From: Planctomycetota bacterium
GTDB taxonomy: Bacteria; Planctomycetota; UBA1135; UBA2386
Length of the DNA stretch: 64,000 nt
Assembly: GCA_965228735.1 (NCBI GenBank)
Contig: OZ245838.1
Span: forward strand, 5,152,001-5,216,000
Reading direction: 5' to 3'
Part shown: positions 40,566-50,254 of the stretch, one piece after another
How positions within the stretch are numbered: the stretch's first letter is position 1
How the letters are laid out: each line of letters starts with the position of its first letter
Notes under the pieces: generated by a model
The model's input: the letters and a program-made list of their open reading frames with translations, nothing else
Database searches by the model: none
Told to the model about the DNA's origin: nothing
Position numbers and translations under genes: made by a program

Positions 40566-42272
40566 ATGTTGTTTACATCGATATCTGTTGCTGGCTTCAA
40601 GCGGGTCGCTCGCTGCAACCTGGCTCTCGACGATCGTCAGACCGTTCTTGTGGGGCTGAACGACAGCGGCAAATCTAGCTTCTTGCAGGCAGTTCACTTT
40701 GGTGCCACAGCTGGGCAAATGGCCCTGGCTACGCCAGGGGCCCAGTGGTTGGACGGCACTCTTGAGGCAATCCTGCCAACTCGAGACCTGCCCTATGCGC
40801 CCTCCAATGACCTTCACTCGCTCTTTTGCTCGGAGCCCCGAACCGGCCTCGTGACGGTCGGGTTCTCCGCTGGAGATGACACATGCGCAGTCGAGATCTC
40901 CGCCGTTGACCCGGGTGGCGTTAAGATAGCGGTCACTGGAAAACTCCTTGCCGAGCAAACCCTTGGGGCTGACACGCCGCTCTCAATCCACGCCCCCGGG
41001 ATTTCCGGTCTAACCGCGACTGAGCCTCGGCATGCGAGAGGCCTCATGGCTCGGATGGCAGCTAGGGGCGACGCCAACCTCATACTGCGCAATGTGGTCG
41101 CTTCACTTCATCAAGATACGGTGATCTGGCCGCAGTTCATCGCCGACCTCCACGAAGTCTATCCGTCAACAGAGCTTGTCGTCGACTTCGATGCCGAACG
41201 CGACGACAAGGTTCGCGTCGGGTTCAAGGATCACGGAACGGTTCAGCCCTTGGAGGGCGCAGGAACGGGGTTGCTACAGACATGCCAAATCTTCGGCTAC
41301 TTGCGGCTCTTTCGCCCCGCCCTAGCGTTGCTCGATGAGCCAGACGCTCACCTACATCCCGATAGGCAGAGAGCTCTCTGCTCACACCTTATTCAGCTGG
41401 CGGAAGATCTGCGCATTCAGGTGATTCTCAGCACGCACTCGCGCCACGTCGTCGCGGCAACACGGGCGCAAGAGTCGGCGCGATGGCTTTCTGCCGGCAA
41501 CACGGTTGCCGAGCCTGCCGACATAACGGCAGCGCTCATGGAGATGGGGGCGCTCGATAGTTACGAACTGCTCGGCTCTGGCGAGTTTGAGTGCCTGGTG
41601 CTGACAGAAGACACGGACCCACGCCATCTAGAGCTGGTTCTTCGCGCCAACGGGTTCGACGGTGATCGCACACTTGTCGTGACTTATGACGGCGCCGGCA
41701 ACGTCAACGCGGCCCTGACACTAATACAGTTTGTCAGGAAGAGCGCACCATCGGTAAAGGTGATCGTTCACCGTGACCGCGACTACGCATCTGACGATGC
41801 AGTGCAAGCGTTCTCAGATTCAGTTCGATCCGCAGGTGGAGTTCCATGGACTACATCTGGTAGCGATGTCGAGTTTCACCTCCTCAATGCGGACCATCTC
41901 GCAGCATGCAACCCAGAACTCGACAAGGAACACTTTGAGAGCGCCATCGATGTGGCGATCGACAACGCGTTTGACAGAATAGTGGAGAAGATTGCGAACA
42001 ATCGCATCAATGAGGCTCACAGGCTGCGAGCGCGGGGAGGCGCTGAGCCCAACGCAGCTAGGATCACGTTGGAAGCACAAAAGGAACTGAAAGAGAGCCC
42101 GAGACTGTGCTGCCACGGCAAGATCACGCTGAAGGCGCTAAGGCAAGTTGTGCAGAATGCTCACGGCTTTCAACTGAAGATGCATCAGCCGACGCCCCAC
42201 ATCCGGGATCAAGCACTCGAGGGTATCGCGGCAGAGATCTGGCCCAGCGACACCTCGAGAGGGCAGGGGTAG
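40566..42272 (+). CDS. ABC-type ATPase fused to TOPRIM nuclease (OLD or PARIS AriAB-like)
   Basis: VGLNDSGKS Walker A, GAGTG signature, LLDEPDAHLHP, STHS. TOPRIM LTEDTD...HRDRD...DVE and a late HGK motif. Confidence 0.85.
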   Translation: MLFTSISVAGFKRVARCNLALDDRQTVLVGLNDSGKSSFLQAVHFGATAGQMALATPGAQWLDGTLEAILPTRDLPYAPSNDLHSLFCSEPRTGLVTVGFSAGDDTCAVEISAVDPGGVKIAVTGKLLAEQTLGADTPLSIHAPGISGLTATEPRHARGLMARMAARGDANLILRNVVASLHQDTVIWPQFIADLHEVYPSTELVVDFDAERDDKVRVGFKDHGTVQPLEGAGTGLLQTCQIFGYLRLFRPALALLDEPDAHLHPDRQRALCSHLIQLAEDLRIQVILSTHSRHVVAATRAQESARWLSAGNTVAEPADITAALMEMGALDSYELLGSGEFECLVLTEDTDPRHLELVLRANGFDGDRTLVVTYDGAGNVNAALTLIQFVRKSAPSVKVIVHRDRDYASDDAVQAFSDSVRSAGGVPWTTSGSDVEFHLLNADHLAACNPELDKEHFESAIDVAIDNAFDRIVEKIANNRINEAHRLRARGGAEPNAARITLEAQKELKESPRLCCHGKITLKALRQVVQNAHGFQLKMHQPTPHIRDQALEGIAAEIWPSDTSRGQG

Positions 42273-42439
42273 GGGCGAGGACCCCGGGGCACCCCGGGGC
42301 GGGGACACTCTTGACATCGCGATGCGTGCAGAGGCTTCCGCAGCATACTGGTTGAATCAGAGCGCCTCGAAAGACGGGAAAGGTCGACCGCTACTCGGAA
42401 GGAGGGCCCAGGTCCATCCGCCCCGCTACGCTCCGAGTT

Positions 42440-44452
42440 ATGGCGAAGAGCCGAATCCCAGAAGGAATCACAAGAGAGCACGTTGGCCAAGCACTCGTGG
42501 ACTTCCGACGCGGCGCCGCTCACGAGTTCGGCGAGTCGACGCATTATGACCTCCTCCACGAAGGAGACCGATTCCCGCCGAAGGCGATCATCGGCCTGGC
42601 GGCGCAACGTGCCACAGGACGGCTACTGACCCCTAAAGACTTCAGCGGGGGCGAAGGGTCAAAATGCTTCAGGGTGCTACGTAAGCTCGGTTTCGTGGTG
42701 GAGCCGAAACCGACACCTGCTTGGGATCTTGAGCCCGGCGACGAGATGAAGCGCACCGAGCTTCACGCTCGGTTCGGCGGCCGCCGGCAGGGTGGTATCG
42801 CGCCATCCAGCACCTCACCGAACGTGCTGATCTTCACCGCGCCGGAGTCAGGCGAGCAGCGGGGCTACTTCGACGGCTGGCAGGACGACGGGTCATTCCA
42901 CTACACGGGCGAGGGGCAGAGGGGTGACATGCAAATGGTGCAGGGGAACAAGGCCATCCTCGAGCATCGACGAGACGGTCGAAGCATCCGTCTGTTCGAA
43001 GGCGCGCGAGGGGTCGTGACCTACAGAGGCGAGCTCGCCGTCGACGAAGCTCAACCCTTCCACCGAACGGATGGACCTGAGAAGGGCAGCGATCTGATCC
43101 GTGAAGTGATCGTGTTCCATCTCGTCCCCGTGGACAGACCCGTTCAACCGGTTCGCGTGCGGGCTTCTCCTCCCGCCTTGGTCGTCGATCACATCGCTCC
43201 TGAGGCGGCCGCCACCGATACTTTCGGAGTCAGGTCCAGCGGCCAGCCTAGAGAGGCGGAGCGACGAGAGAGCAAGCTTGTGGCGGACTACCGCGCCTTC
43301 TGTGGGAGTCAGGGACGACGACTTGTGCGCCAGAAGATCTGCCCCCCAGGCGAGCAACCTCTCTACACCGACCTCTTCGACGAGACCAAGAACCTGCTGA
43401 TCGAAGCGAAGGGCTCTGTGACGCGCGAATCAATCCGAATGGCCATCGGGCAATTGCTAGACTACCAGAGGTTCATTGAGCCGAAGCCGGGGCTGGCCGT
43501 GCTACTGCCGACCAAGCCCCGGAATGACCTGCTGGAGCTTCTGCGGGCCCTTCGGATCATCCTGATCTATCGCGACGGCGGCGAGATCAAGCTCATTGAC
43601 CACAGCGATGTCGACCGCTACCGGCAATCGTTGTTAAGCACCCTGGCAAATATCACAGGTTTCATCCGTGAGCTCGAGGTGCTGCGCGACATCTACGACG
43701 ATCATTGGCGGATCGAGATCGCAGCCGAGATCCAGGACGCTGACCTAAGTGGTGGATCGTTCGGAAGTCAGCGCTGCCCCCTTTTCTTCCTGTTCAAAGA
43801 CGACCCGTCGCCACTCCGCGACCTCGACAAACGCCTGCTGGCCCTTCGACTGTTAGACCCCAATGCCCTCGAGGCGAAGATCCGCGAGATCCGCGCGTGC
43901 AGGCTCGATATGAAGCAGCTGGAGCACCTGTTCGAGCTGGGTGTCCTCGGTGTCTTTGCCCAGCAAGCATGCTTGGAAGAAGTTGAGGTGCCGGTCGGCC
44001 CCGGCACAGTCGACGGACGATTGCGACTTCAAGAGCGGTCGATACTGATCGAGGTGACGCTCACAACCCAACAGCTTCTGGCGACTGGTCCGGGAGTCTT
44101 TTCGATCGCCATCGAGACGCTGACGAAACAGATCGAGCTCAAGGTGCGCAAGAAGGTGGCTGACTCAAGACAGCTCGCCCTAGCCGACTCCACGCCGGCG
44201 ATCCTGGTGATCGGCTTGCATCCATTCGCGGCGGATCAGCATGCCGCTAGATGGGGAATCGAGGAGTGCTTCGCCAGGGCCGAGTATGCTTCAGCCTCAG
44301 CGGTCGTAGTCAGTGACTCGTGGAAGTTCTCGGAGACTCGACTTCATGTGAATCCAAACGCGAAGAATCCCCTCAACGACGCTGAGCTCCAGCGTCTACG
44401 GGAGTGCCTCGTCGCGGCCGCAGCGAGCTCGGCTACGCATGGGGCACAGTAG
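42440..44452 (+). CDS. Multidomain modification-dependent restriction nuclease (McrA-like head, SRA-like domain, PD-(D/E)xK, extra PD-(D/E)xK-like domain)
   Basis: ITREHV..AL...YDL..EG..FPPKAI...FSGG head; FGG.RQGGI...Y.DGW...FHYTGEG..GD.....GN SRA-like domain; TDLFD....LIEAKG...AIGQLLDY; later VDGRL......ILIEVT. Confidence 0.8.
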   Translation: MAKSRIPEGITREHVGQALVDFRRGAAHEFGESTHYDLLHEGDRFPPKAIIGLAAQRATGRLLTPKDFSGGEGSKCFRVLRKLGFVVEPKPTPAWDLEPGDEMKRTELHARFGGRRQGGIAPSSTSPNVLIFTAPESGEQRGYFDGWQDDGSFHYTGEGQRGDMQMVQGNKAILEHRRDGRSIRLFEGARGVVTYRGELAVDEAQPFHRTDGPEKGSDLIREVIVFHLVPVDRPVQPVRVRASPPALVVDHIAPEAAATDTFGVRSSGQPREAERRESKLVADYRAFCGSQGRRLVRQKICPPGEQPLYTDLFDETKNLLIEAKGSVTRESIRMAIGQLLDYQRFIEPKPGLAVLLPTKPRNDLLELLRALRIILIYRDGGEIKLIDHSDVDRYRQSLLSTLANITGFIRELEVLRDIYDDHWRIEIAAEIQDADLSGGSFGSQRCPLFFLFKDDPSPLRDLDKRLLALRLLDPNALEAKIREIRACRLDMKQLEHLFELGVLGVFAQQACLEEVEVPVGPGTVDGRLRLQERSILIEVTLTTQQLLATGPGVFSIAIETLTKQIELKVRKKVADSRQLALADSTPAILVIGLHPFAADQHAARWGIEECFARAEYASASAVVVSDSWKFSETRLHVNPNAKNPLNDAELQRLRECLVAAAASSATHGAQ

Positions 44453-44479
44453 GGCTGAAGAGACAGTAGCCTGTATGGG

Positions 44480-45421
44480 ATGCAGGGATGGACACAGCAG
44501 GAGTTGGCGAGTGACGCCCAACAGCACAGCTCGTCCAACGCCGAGCGTTGGCCGCACCACGTCGACTTCCTCGACAACACGGCGGCCGCCATGATCGAAG
44601 CGAGCTGGATCCACCCGTGGATCGATTTCCGCGCCGACGTCGTGCGAGCTGGGCGGGAGTTCATGGCAGGGCGCCTCGTCGTTCCCGATCACGTAGCCCG
44701 AACCTCAAGCGTTGGATACCCAGATGGCCTGCCGGGCAGCGACGAGGAGGCTCAGTCCTACTCACTAAACCTTCTGACCGGCAGCGCACTCAGGTCCCTC
44801 TGTCGGTCAGGGTATCTCGCCCTCTGCGGCCTCCCATTGGAATCAGTTGGCGTGCATCGCCGAACGATCGAGACGCTCCTTCAGATTGACGTCCTCGTCG
44901 ATGACATCTCATTGAGCCGCCCGTGTTGCGGCCTCGCGTTCTCTGGCGACCGAAAGAACCGCAAGCAGAATGAGTTCTACCGCGCGATGGCGCGAAGGAC
45001 CCAGGTGATCAACAACTTGCAGGTGCCTGAGACAGACCTAACGCCCCTCGAGCGCGAGCTGCGGCGCAGCGCTAATGACGCGGGGCTTCACCTTGGCCCG
45101 CATGCAGGCCTGCAACATGGAGTCGCTGGAAAGCGCTGGGACAAGGTGAATGCGCTCAACGAGTTTGACCCGTTCGACGTTGGCCAGACAGAGGTTGGCC
45201 CGTTCTTGTGGCGGTACGCGGCACAAACTTGGAGGCTCTGCACGGTCCTTCTGCCGAAGCTCGACTGGGTTGACTCTGACAAGTGGCTCGCGGCATCACC
45301 ATCTCTCGAAGACATGTCGGCTCAGATCGAGACCCAAGACCGAGAAAGGAGAAAAGACCCCTCCGACGGAACAACCCCCTGGTCCAACTTGCCCAAGGGC
45401 ACTACCCCTAGTCCGAGTTAG
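44480..45421 (+). CDS. Hypothetical protein (313 aa), co-oriented with the nuclease gene
   Basis: 27 bp after the previous stop. Largely helical-looking composition. Confidence 0.6.
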   Translation: MQGWTQQELASDAQQHSSSNAERWPHHVDFLDNTAAAMIEASWIHPWIDFRADVVRAGREFMAGRLVVPDHVARTSSVGYPDGLPGSDEEAQSYSLNLLTGSALRSLCRSGYLALCGLPLESVGVHRRTIETLLQIDVLVDDISLSRPCCGLAFSGDRKNRKQNEFYRAMARRTQVINNLQVPETDLTPLERELRRSANDAGLHLGPHAGLQHGVAGKRWDKVNALNEFDPFDVGQTEVGPFLWRYAAQTWRLCTVLLPKLDWVDSDKWLAASPSLEDMSAQIETQDRERRKDPSDGTTPWSNLPKGTTPSPS

Positions 45422-45953
45422 TTCGCACTCAAGCAGTCTGGTCTACCAAGAGCCGCTTGATAATCGCACACACCCCGAGGAAGCCACGTTGTGCGGTGCC
45501 AATCGGGAAGACGTCCGAGCCCCCCCCCAGTGTGCAAGGTCACCGCTCCGCGCAACTACGGGATGTTGCAGGGGGGGGCGGGGGTCGATCGCGTGCCGTC
45601 ACAGACTCTTGTCAGTCATCAACCGTGAGTGATTCCACACTCCGATCCAGGAGTCCTAAGCTCGGCGCCCGCGTCGTTTCCTCCGTCAAAAAGGAAGCTG
45701 AGGCCTTCCCGCGATCGCCACAGGTTCGCGAGGTCGTCGATCTGCAGCTCGACTATCCGGCGTCGCTGTCAGTCAACCTCCGGACGACCATGCTCGCATC
45801 GCGCGCGGGTCCACGCGTCGTAGCGGCCTCCCCTGGCTCCGACCGACCATGCACGCCGGTTGAGGGGCAGTGCGCGACTACAGCGCTTGTTGGCTCAGAA
45901 GCAACGCGCCACGCGTCTGCAGGCTGTTGGAGGCCGGGCCTCGTTGGCTTCGC

Positions 45954-46184
45954 TCAGACCCGAAGCTCGGGCAACAGGTCCGTCGCTGCGGCGCCATACA
46001 CCTTCACGAAGTCCTCGAACTCGAGCACGTCAACCCGCCGTTCCCCGGTCTCGCACCGCGAGACGAACGACTGCGGCTTGCGGAGTTTAGCCGCCGCCTG
46101 CACCTGGGTCAGGCCGGCGTCCTCTCTGGCCTGCCGGAGGCGGGCCAGGAACTCGCGGTAGCGGCGTGAGTGCAGGGAGCCCAT
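45954..46184 (-). CDS. XRE-family HTH regulator
   Basis: LRQAREDAGLTQVQAAAKLRKPQSFVSRCETGERRVDVLE. Confidence 0.92.
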   Translation of the reverse strand: MGSLHSRRYREFLARLRQAREDAGLTQVQAAAKLRKPQSFVSRCETGERRVDVLEFEDFVKVYGAAATDLLPELRV

Positions 46185-46348
46185 GCGAACCGCGCCGGCT
46201 GACCTGCCGACGCCATGAGGCGAAAGCTAGATGCGAGAATTGCATATGCAGAAACTGCATAGTTGGCTGCCGGAACAGCCGACAAGAGGTTCATGGACCC
46301 GCTGAATCTGAGCGAGGCTGCCGCCTGCAGAGCCGCTGGAGTCAATCG

Positions 46349-46846
46349 ATGGTAGAGCCAGTTCGAACAGGCGCACTCCAGCGGGTGCGGGAGGCCACCG
46401 AGGCTGAGCTCTCCTCGACGTTGCGGCGGCTCGATCTCGAGCGCTTGCCCGCTCGACGAGGCGAAGAGTCCATTGATGCCGCGATCGATCGGCTGCTGCC
46501 GACGTTCGTTGAGGTAGCGTTGGCTGAGGCCGCGAGCTTCGCGATGGAGGGTGGATCGCTACCTGTGGAGTCCGCCGCCAGTGCGTTGGGGGCGCGTTCG
46601 CCGGCCGAGATGCGCCTCTTCGTGGCGGATTGGATCCTGCGTGCCGATCTCGCCTCGCCTGACTTGCGGAGCGAAGATGGTGCTTGGGATCGTCGGCGGC
46701 AGGTGTTCGAGGGAGTGTGTCGCCGAGGATTCGCGGACTTGAGTCAGGGTCGGGTAGCGGAGTCTCCCGGGATTGGCGTGAAGGGGCTGTCGGTGATCCT
46801 GGGCATCCTTTTGATCATCGGGCTGATCAAGATCCTCAGCCCCTGA
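46349..46846 (+). CDS. Hypothetical protein with C-terminal TM helix
   Basis: Ends GLSVILGILLIIGLIKILSP. Start uncertain. Confidence 0.5.
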   Translation: MVEPVRTGALQRVREATEAELSSTLRRLDLERLPARRGEESIDAAIDRLLPTFVEVALAEAASFAMEGGSLPVESAASALGARSPAEMRLFVADWILRADLASPDLRSEDGAWDRRRQVFEGVCRRGFADLSQGRVAESPGIGVKGLSVILGILLIIGLIKILSP

Positions 46847-47202
46847 CCCCCGGGTGCAACGGTTGGCTGGAGTCTTGCTGGTGCGCGATCCGGCGAGTGT
46901 CGAACGCCCGCAATCGCAAGAAGCGGGACGACGGTCGCGCCAGTCGGGTGCTACCGAGTTCGGTGATTGTCCCGAGCGTCCGGACGAAAGAGCTGGCCAG
47001 GATCCGCGAGCTAGGTCGGTGCGGGGTGAGCTTCGTCGATCATCGATGGCCGATGGGGCTGCGGTGCTCAGCGACGAGTGACGTGAGAGCCGCAGCGGGC
47101 GAGCGTGGCCGGCTGCGATCGTGCGGGGACGTGGTGAGCCGGTAGCCGTTCGGTGGTGTGCCCTTCGTGGCACCCCTCGTCTATGCTTCGACTCGGAGCA
47201 AG

Positions 47203-47721
47203 ATGGCGATACAGACCTCTGCACGTGTTTGGGCAGTGCTCGCTTTGGCCGCGTGTGCGACACCGGTCGAAGTCGACCCGTTGCAGACCGCCAAGCCCGT
47301 GCTCGCCGAGACGTTCGGTTGCATGCTCACTGCCGATGCGTCCATCGCCGAGGGTTGGCTTGGTCCGGATCCGGAATCCGTGTTGGCTATCGAGCGCATC
47401 GAAGGCCGGCCGGACTTCACAGGAACGTGGATCGAATGGAGCTACGGTGGTTGGTGGGCCGAGCGCGGGGCTGAGTCGTGTTGGGACGGGACGCTTCTCG
47501 AGCCAGGGTGCCGCTATCGGGTGCGCGGCTACGAGGTTGCTGTGTTCCGCGGTCTTGTCAATCTCGTCGAAGGCAGCCGGCACATCACGTGGGACGACGC
47601 CCCTTCCGATTCTCGCGGCGCTTCATTCTGCCAGTTCCGTAACGTGTTCCGCGTCGTCGAGGCGCAATTGCTGGAGTCCGGCGCGCAGGCAGAGCCGGAC
47701 GCATCGCTCAAACTGAAATGA
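47203..47721 (+). CDS. Hypothetical lipoprotein
   Basis: SD GGAG and signal peptide with lipobox LAAC. Confidence 0.65.
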   Translation: MAIQTSARVWAVLALAACATPVEVDPLQTAKPVLAETFGCMLTADASIAEGWLGPDPESVLAIERIEGRPDFTGTWIEWSYGGWWAERGAESCWDGTLLEPGCRYRVRGYEVAVFRGLVNLVEGSRHITWDDAPSDSRGASFCQFRNVFRVVEAQLLESGAQAEPDASLKLK

Positions 47722-47724
47722 GCC

Positions 47725-48141
47725 GTGGGCAAGCCAGCCGGAACCAAGAACGTCACCGACGAAGAGCGCGAACGCATTCGTGAGCTCTACCGGCAGGGCA
47801 TGCGTTTGATGGACATCGTGGAGACCGTGGGGCGCTCACAGTCCGTCGTCTACCGCACCGTTTGCGGCATGAGGCGGCCGCGCCTACCGTTCCGGCACTA
47901 CAAGAACGACAAGCGCAACGATCGCATCCTGCGGCTCATCGAGGAGGGGCGGACGCATGCCGACGTGGCTCGCACTGTCGGGCTGTCGCCCCGCCAGATC
48001 GGCTACATCGTCGAGCGCCATCCGAGGATCGCGGAGCTACTCCATCACGAGGGCTGGAAGCCGTCCGAGGTGTCGGAGCTCTACCGGATCTCGATCGAGA
48101 AGGCGCAGCGGATCAAACGGCGGAGGCCAAGCGACAATTAG
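47725..48141 (+). CDS. Protein with three tandem HTH-like motifs
   Basis: IRELYRQG....DI...VGRSQSVVY, ILRLIEEG....DVA..VGLS...I, and LLHHEG....EVS..Y.IS. Confidence 0.7.
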   Translation: MGKPAGTKNVTDEERERIRELYRQGMRLMDIVETVGRSQSVVYRTVCGMRRPRLPFRHYKNDKRNDRILRLIEEGRTHADVARTVGLSPRQIGYIVERHPRIAELLHHEGWKPSEVSELYRISIEKAQRIKRRRPSDN

Positions 48142-48578
48142 CCGCCCTCGCTGGGTTCTGCTCTTTGGCGCGAGCGGTTGACGATGAATGGTGCCCAGGC
48201 GAGTGCAGCTACAAAGAACGTCATCCAGCAATGACCATGGAGTGCTGTCCATGGCTCGACAGCTGTGTGCTTTCGTAGCACGGGGCCGACCCGGGGAGTG
48301 CTTGGTGGGCCAGAGTCGGCATACTTCTGGAGTTCTACCGATGCCGCATGGAGCAAGGTCCGTGGGCGGTCCATCGCGATCATGTTGCTCACCGAGAAGA
48401 ACAGGTACACGATCGTGAGCATGGTCATGAGTCCGGCGCTCGTTCGAACGTGAGATTCCTTGAAGATGAAGCCGAGCATCGCAATCGAGACGACCTGGAA
48501 GATCGTCCAGTACGATGCAATGCTCTCGGCGCTGTCGTTGAAGATCGACAGCAACGTTTCCCGGATCGTGTCCATCAT
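48138..48578 (-). CDS. Small membrane protein (about 3 TM)
   Basis: Two N-terminal hydrophobic helices and one C-terminal. Confidence 0.65.
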   Translation of the reverse strand: MMDTIRETLLSIFNDSAESIASYWTIFQVVSIAMLGFIFKESHVRTSAGLMTMLTIVYLFFSVSNMIAMDRPRTLLHAASVELQKYADSGPPSTPRVGPVLRKHTAVEPWTALHGHCWMTFFVAALAWAPFIVNRSRQRAEPSEGG

Positions 48579-48975
48579 GACTCGGCCTACCTATCGATTT
48601 CGTGGGTAAGGGCGGTCGCGTCATCCGATTCCGGTCGGATTCCTTCCTCGTGTTCGCGACGGCCCCGATGATCGCGTTGACGGCCTGTCGGAGTCAATCC
48701 CCAGTCACGGCAAGCGCAGGGTCGCCCCGGTTCGCCAGTCGGATCTCCCACACTCAGGAACGCGAACGCCCTTCCGCATCGCGTCTGCTCTACCGCGAAG
48801 AGCGCCCTGCCCCTGCGCGTCTGTGAGCCTTGCTCCTGTCGTCTTCCCCACGTGGCTCAGAGCCTTCGCGAACGGTTACAACCACGCCGTCCAACACTGA
48901 GTCTCGGTGATTGAGACGGGGAGACGGGGTGCCGGACCCGGCCATAGACCAGCGTCCGTGGGGGCTTGGGCATCG

Positions 48976-49722
48976 TCACTCGCCGCCGGCGAAGACGACT
49001 CTTGACAGTCCCTGCGCCGAAACGATGAGTAAGCCGGCGAAGCCAACGCCGAAGAGTAGGGCGCACAACGCTGCAGGGATTGGCCTCGCTTTACGCCACG
49101 ACCGGAAGACCCGCCAGTACAACGCAGACACATCGGCATCGTTGGTGTTCACGTGGGCGGCCTTTGAGAGGCTTTCGATCATGTTGAGCTTCGCTCGGTA
49201 GTCCATCTCATCCCAGCCTTGGGGGCCAGGGATGCGCTCGTCGGAGAGCACGATGGCGAAAGTTTGCAACAACTCGTGGTAGTCCCGGTCTCGCCATACC
49301 CGGCGTCGCGGGTCAGGGACTAGCGAGGGAAGTTCCAGGCTCGTCCGTCCGCTTTCGCGGAACTCCGCATAGTCGCGGAAATTACGAATGATGGACGGGC
49401 AGTACGAGTAGTACAACGCGCCCGCCAAAGAGAATGCCAAAGCCGAGAAGTAGAAGACCATCCACGAGAACGGCAGTTCGAACTTCGGGATGCTCAGGCC
49501 GGCGATGACGATCGGGTCCGGCAGCGACCGGACTAGTCTCGCCGCGAGCGGGGTGATAATCAGCCAGATGAATGACCATCGGACGGCTTGGTTGCTGCCA
49601 AACCCTCGAAGACGATGCCAGCGTATGACGTGGAGGTTGGACAGCATCTTGTCCCTCACCCGCGCTGTTCCGGGCTGGCTCGAGCGAGTCGCAGCGCCCG
49701 GTCGATCAGATCTTTCGCCCAT
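48976..49722 (-). CDS. Membrane protein (about 3 TM)
   Basis: Hydrophobic segments WSFIWLIITPL, FSWMVFYFSALAFSLAGALYY and ALCALLFGVGFAGLLIV. Start uncertain. Confidence 0.65.
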   Translation of the reverse strand: MGERSDRPGAATRSSQPGTARVRDKMLSNLHVIRWHRLRGFGSNQAVRWSFIWLIITPLAARLVRSLPDPIVIAGLSIPKFELPFSWMVFYFSALAFSLAGALYYSYCPSIIRNFRDYAEFRESGRTSLELPSLVPDPRRRVWRDRDYHELLQTFAIVLSDERIPGPQGWDEMDYRAKLNMIESLSKAAHVNTNDADVSALYWRVFRSWRKARPIPAALCALLFGVGFAGLLIVSAQGLSRVVFAGGE

Positions 49723-49910
49723 AAGCGCTAGTGTAGCTAGTTGGTAGTCGAGCGGCGTCCCTCACCCAGCCCTCTCACTTCCAGGCTGCCGTCTGCGCTG
49801 CCCGTAGGTCTCGGAGGGCATCGCGAACCGCCTCCCGTAGCTGCGGGATCTGCTGCCGGTAGACCGTTGCCAGACGTCGCAGCTCGGCGACGAAAACCTC
49901 GGGGTGTCGT

Positions 49911-50198
49911 TCACCGTCGTTGCTGATCGGCTGTGGCGAGCATCTCGAACATTCGGACCGACTTGGGCCGCTCACCGACGTGATAGAGCATCTCGCCGGC
50001 TTCGCCAGTAATCGTCGCGGGGTAGCCGGTCTCCTCGGCGACCTCGCGCAGGGCTGCGGCCTCGAATGACTCGCCCGCGTCGAGCTTGCCCTTGGGGAGG
50101 CACCAGTCGTCGTAGCGGCTGCGGTGCACGAGCAGCAGCTCGCGGCGCTCCTTGTTGCGCCAGAGGACGCCGCCGGCAGCCAGAATGCGATCGCTCAT
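49911..50198 (-). pseudogene. NUDIX hydrolase, apparently C-terminally truncated
   Basis: AAGG, HR.RYDDW.LPKGK..AGES...AALREVAEETG Nudix box. Stops at 95 aa, before the usual E....W..helix segment. Confidence 0.65.
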
Positions 50199-50254
50199 GC
50201 GCCTTCTTGTCGCAGGTTTTTGTCGCGGCCATCAGTATGGCTGGCACCCCTGAT

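Noticed and set aside
42273..42350. Tandem ACCCCGGGGC palindromes and TTGACA upstream of the SRA nuclease
   Set aside because: No -10 hexamer at proper spacing; cannot support a promoter or operator call.
45519..45582. C-run ... G-run potential hairpin
   Set aside because: Low-complexity pairing only, with no supporting context.
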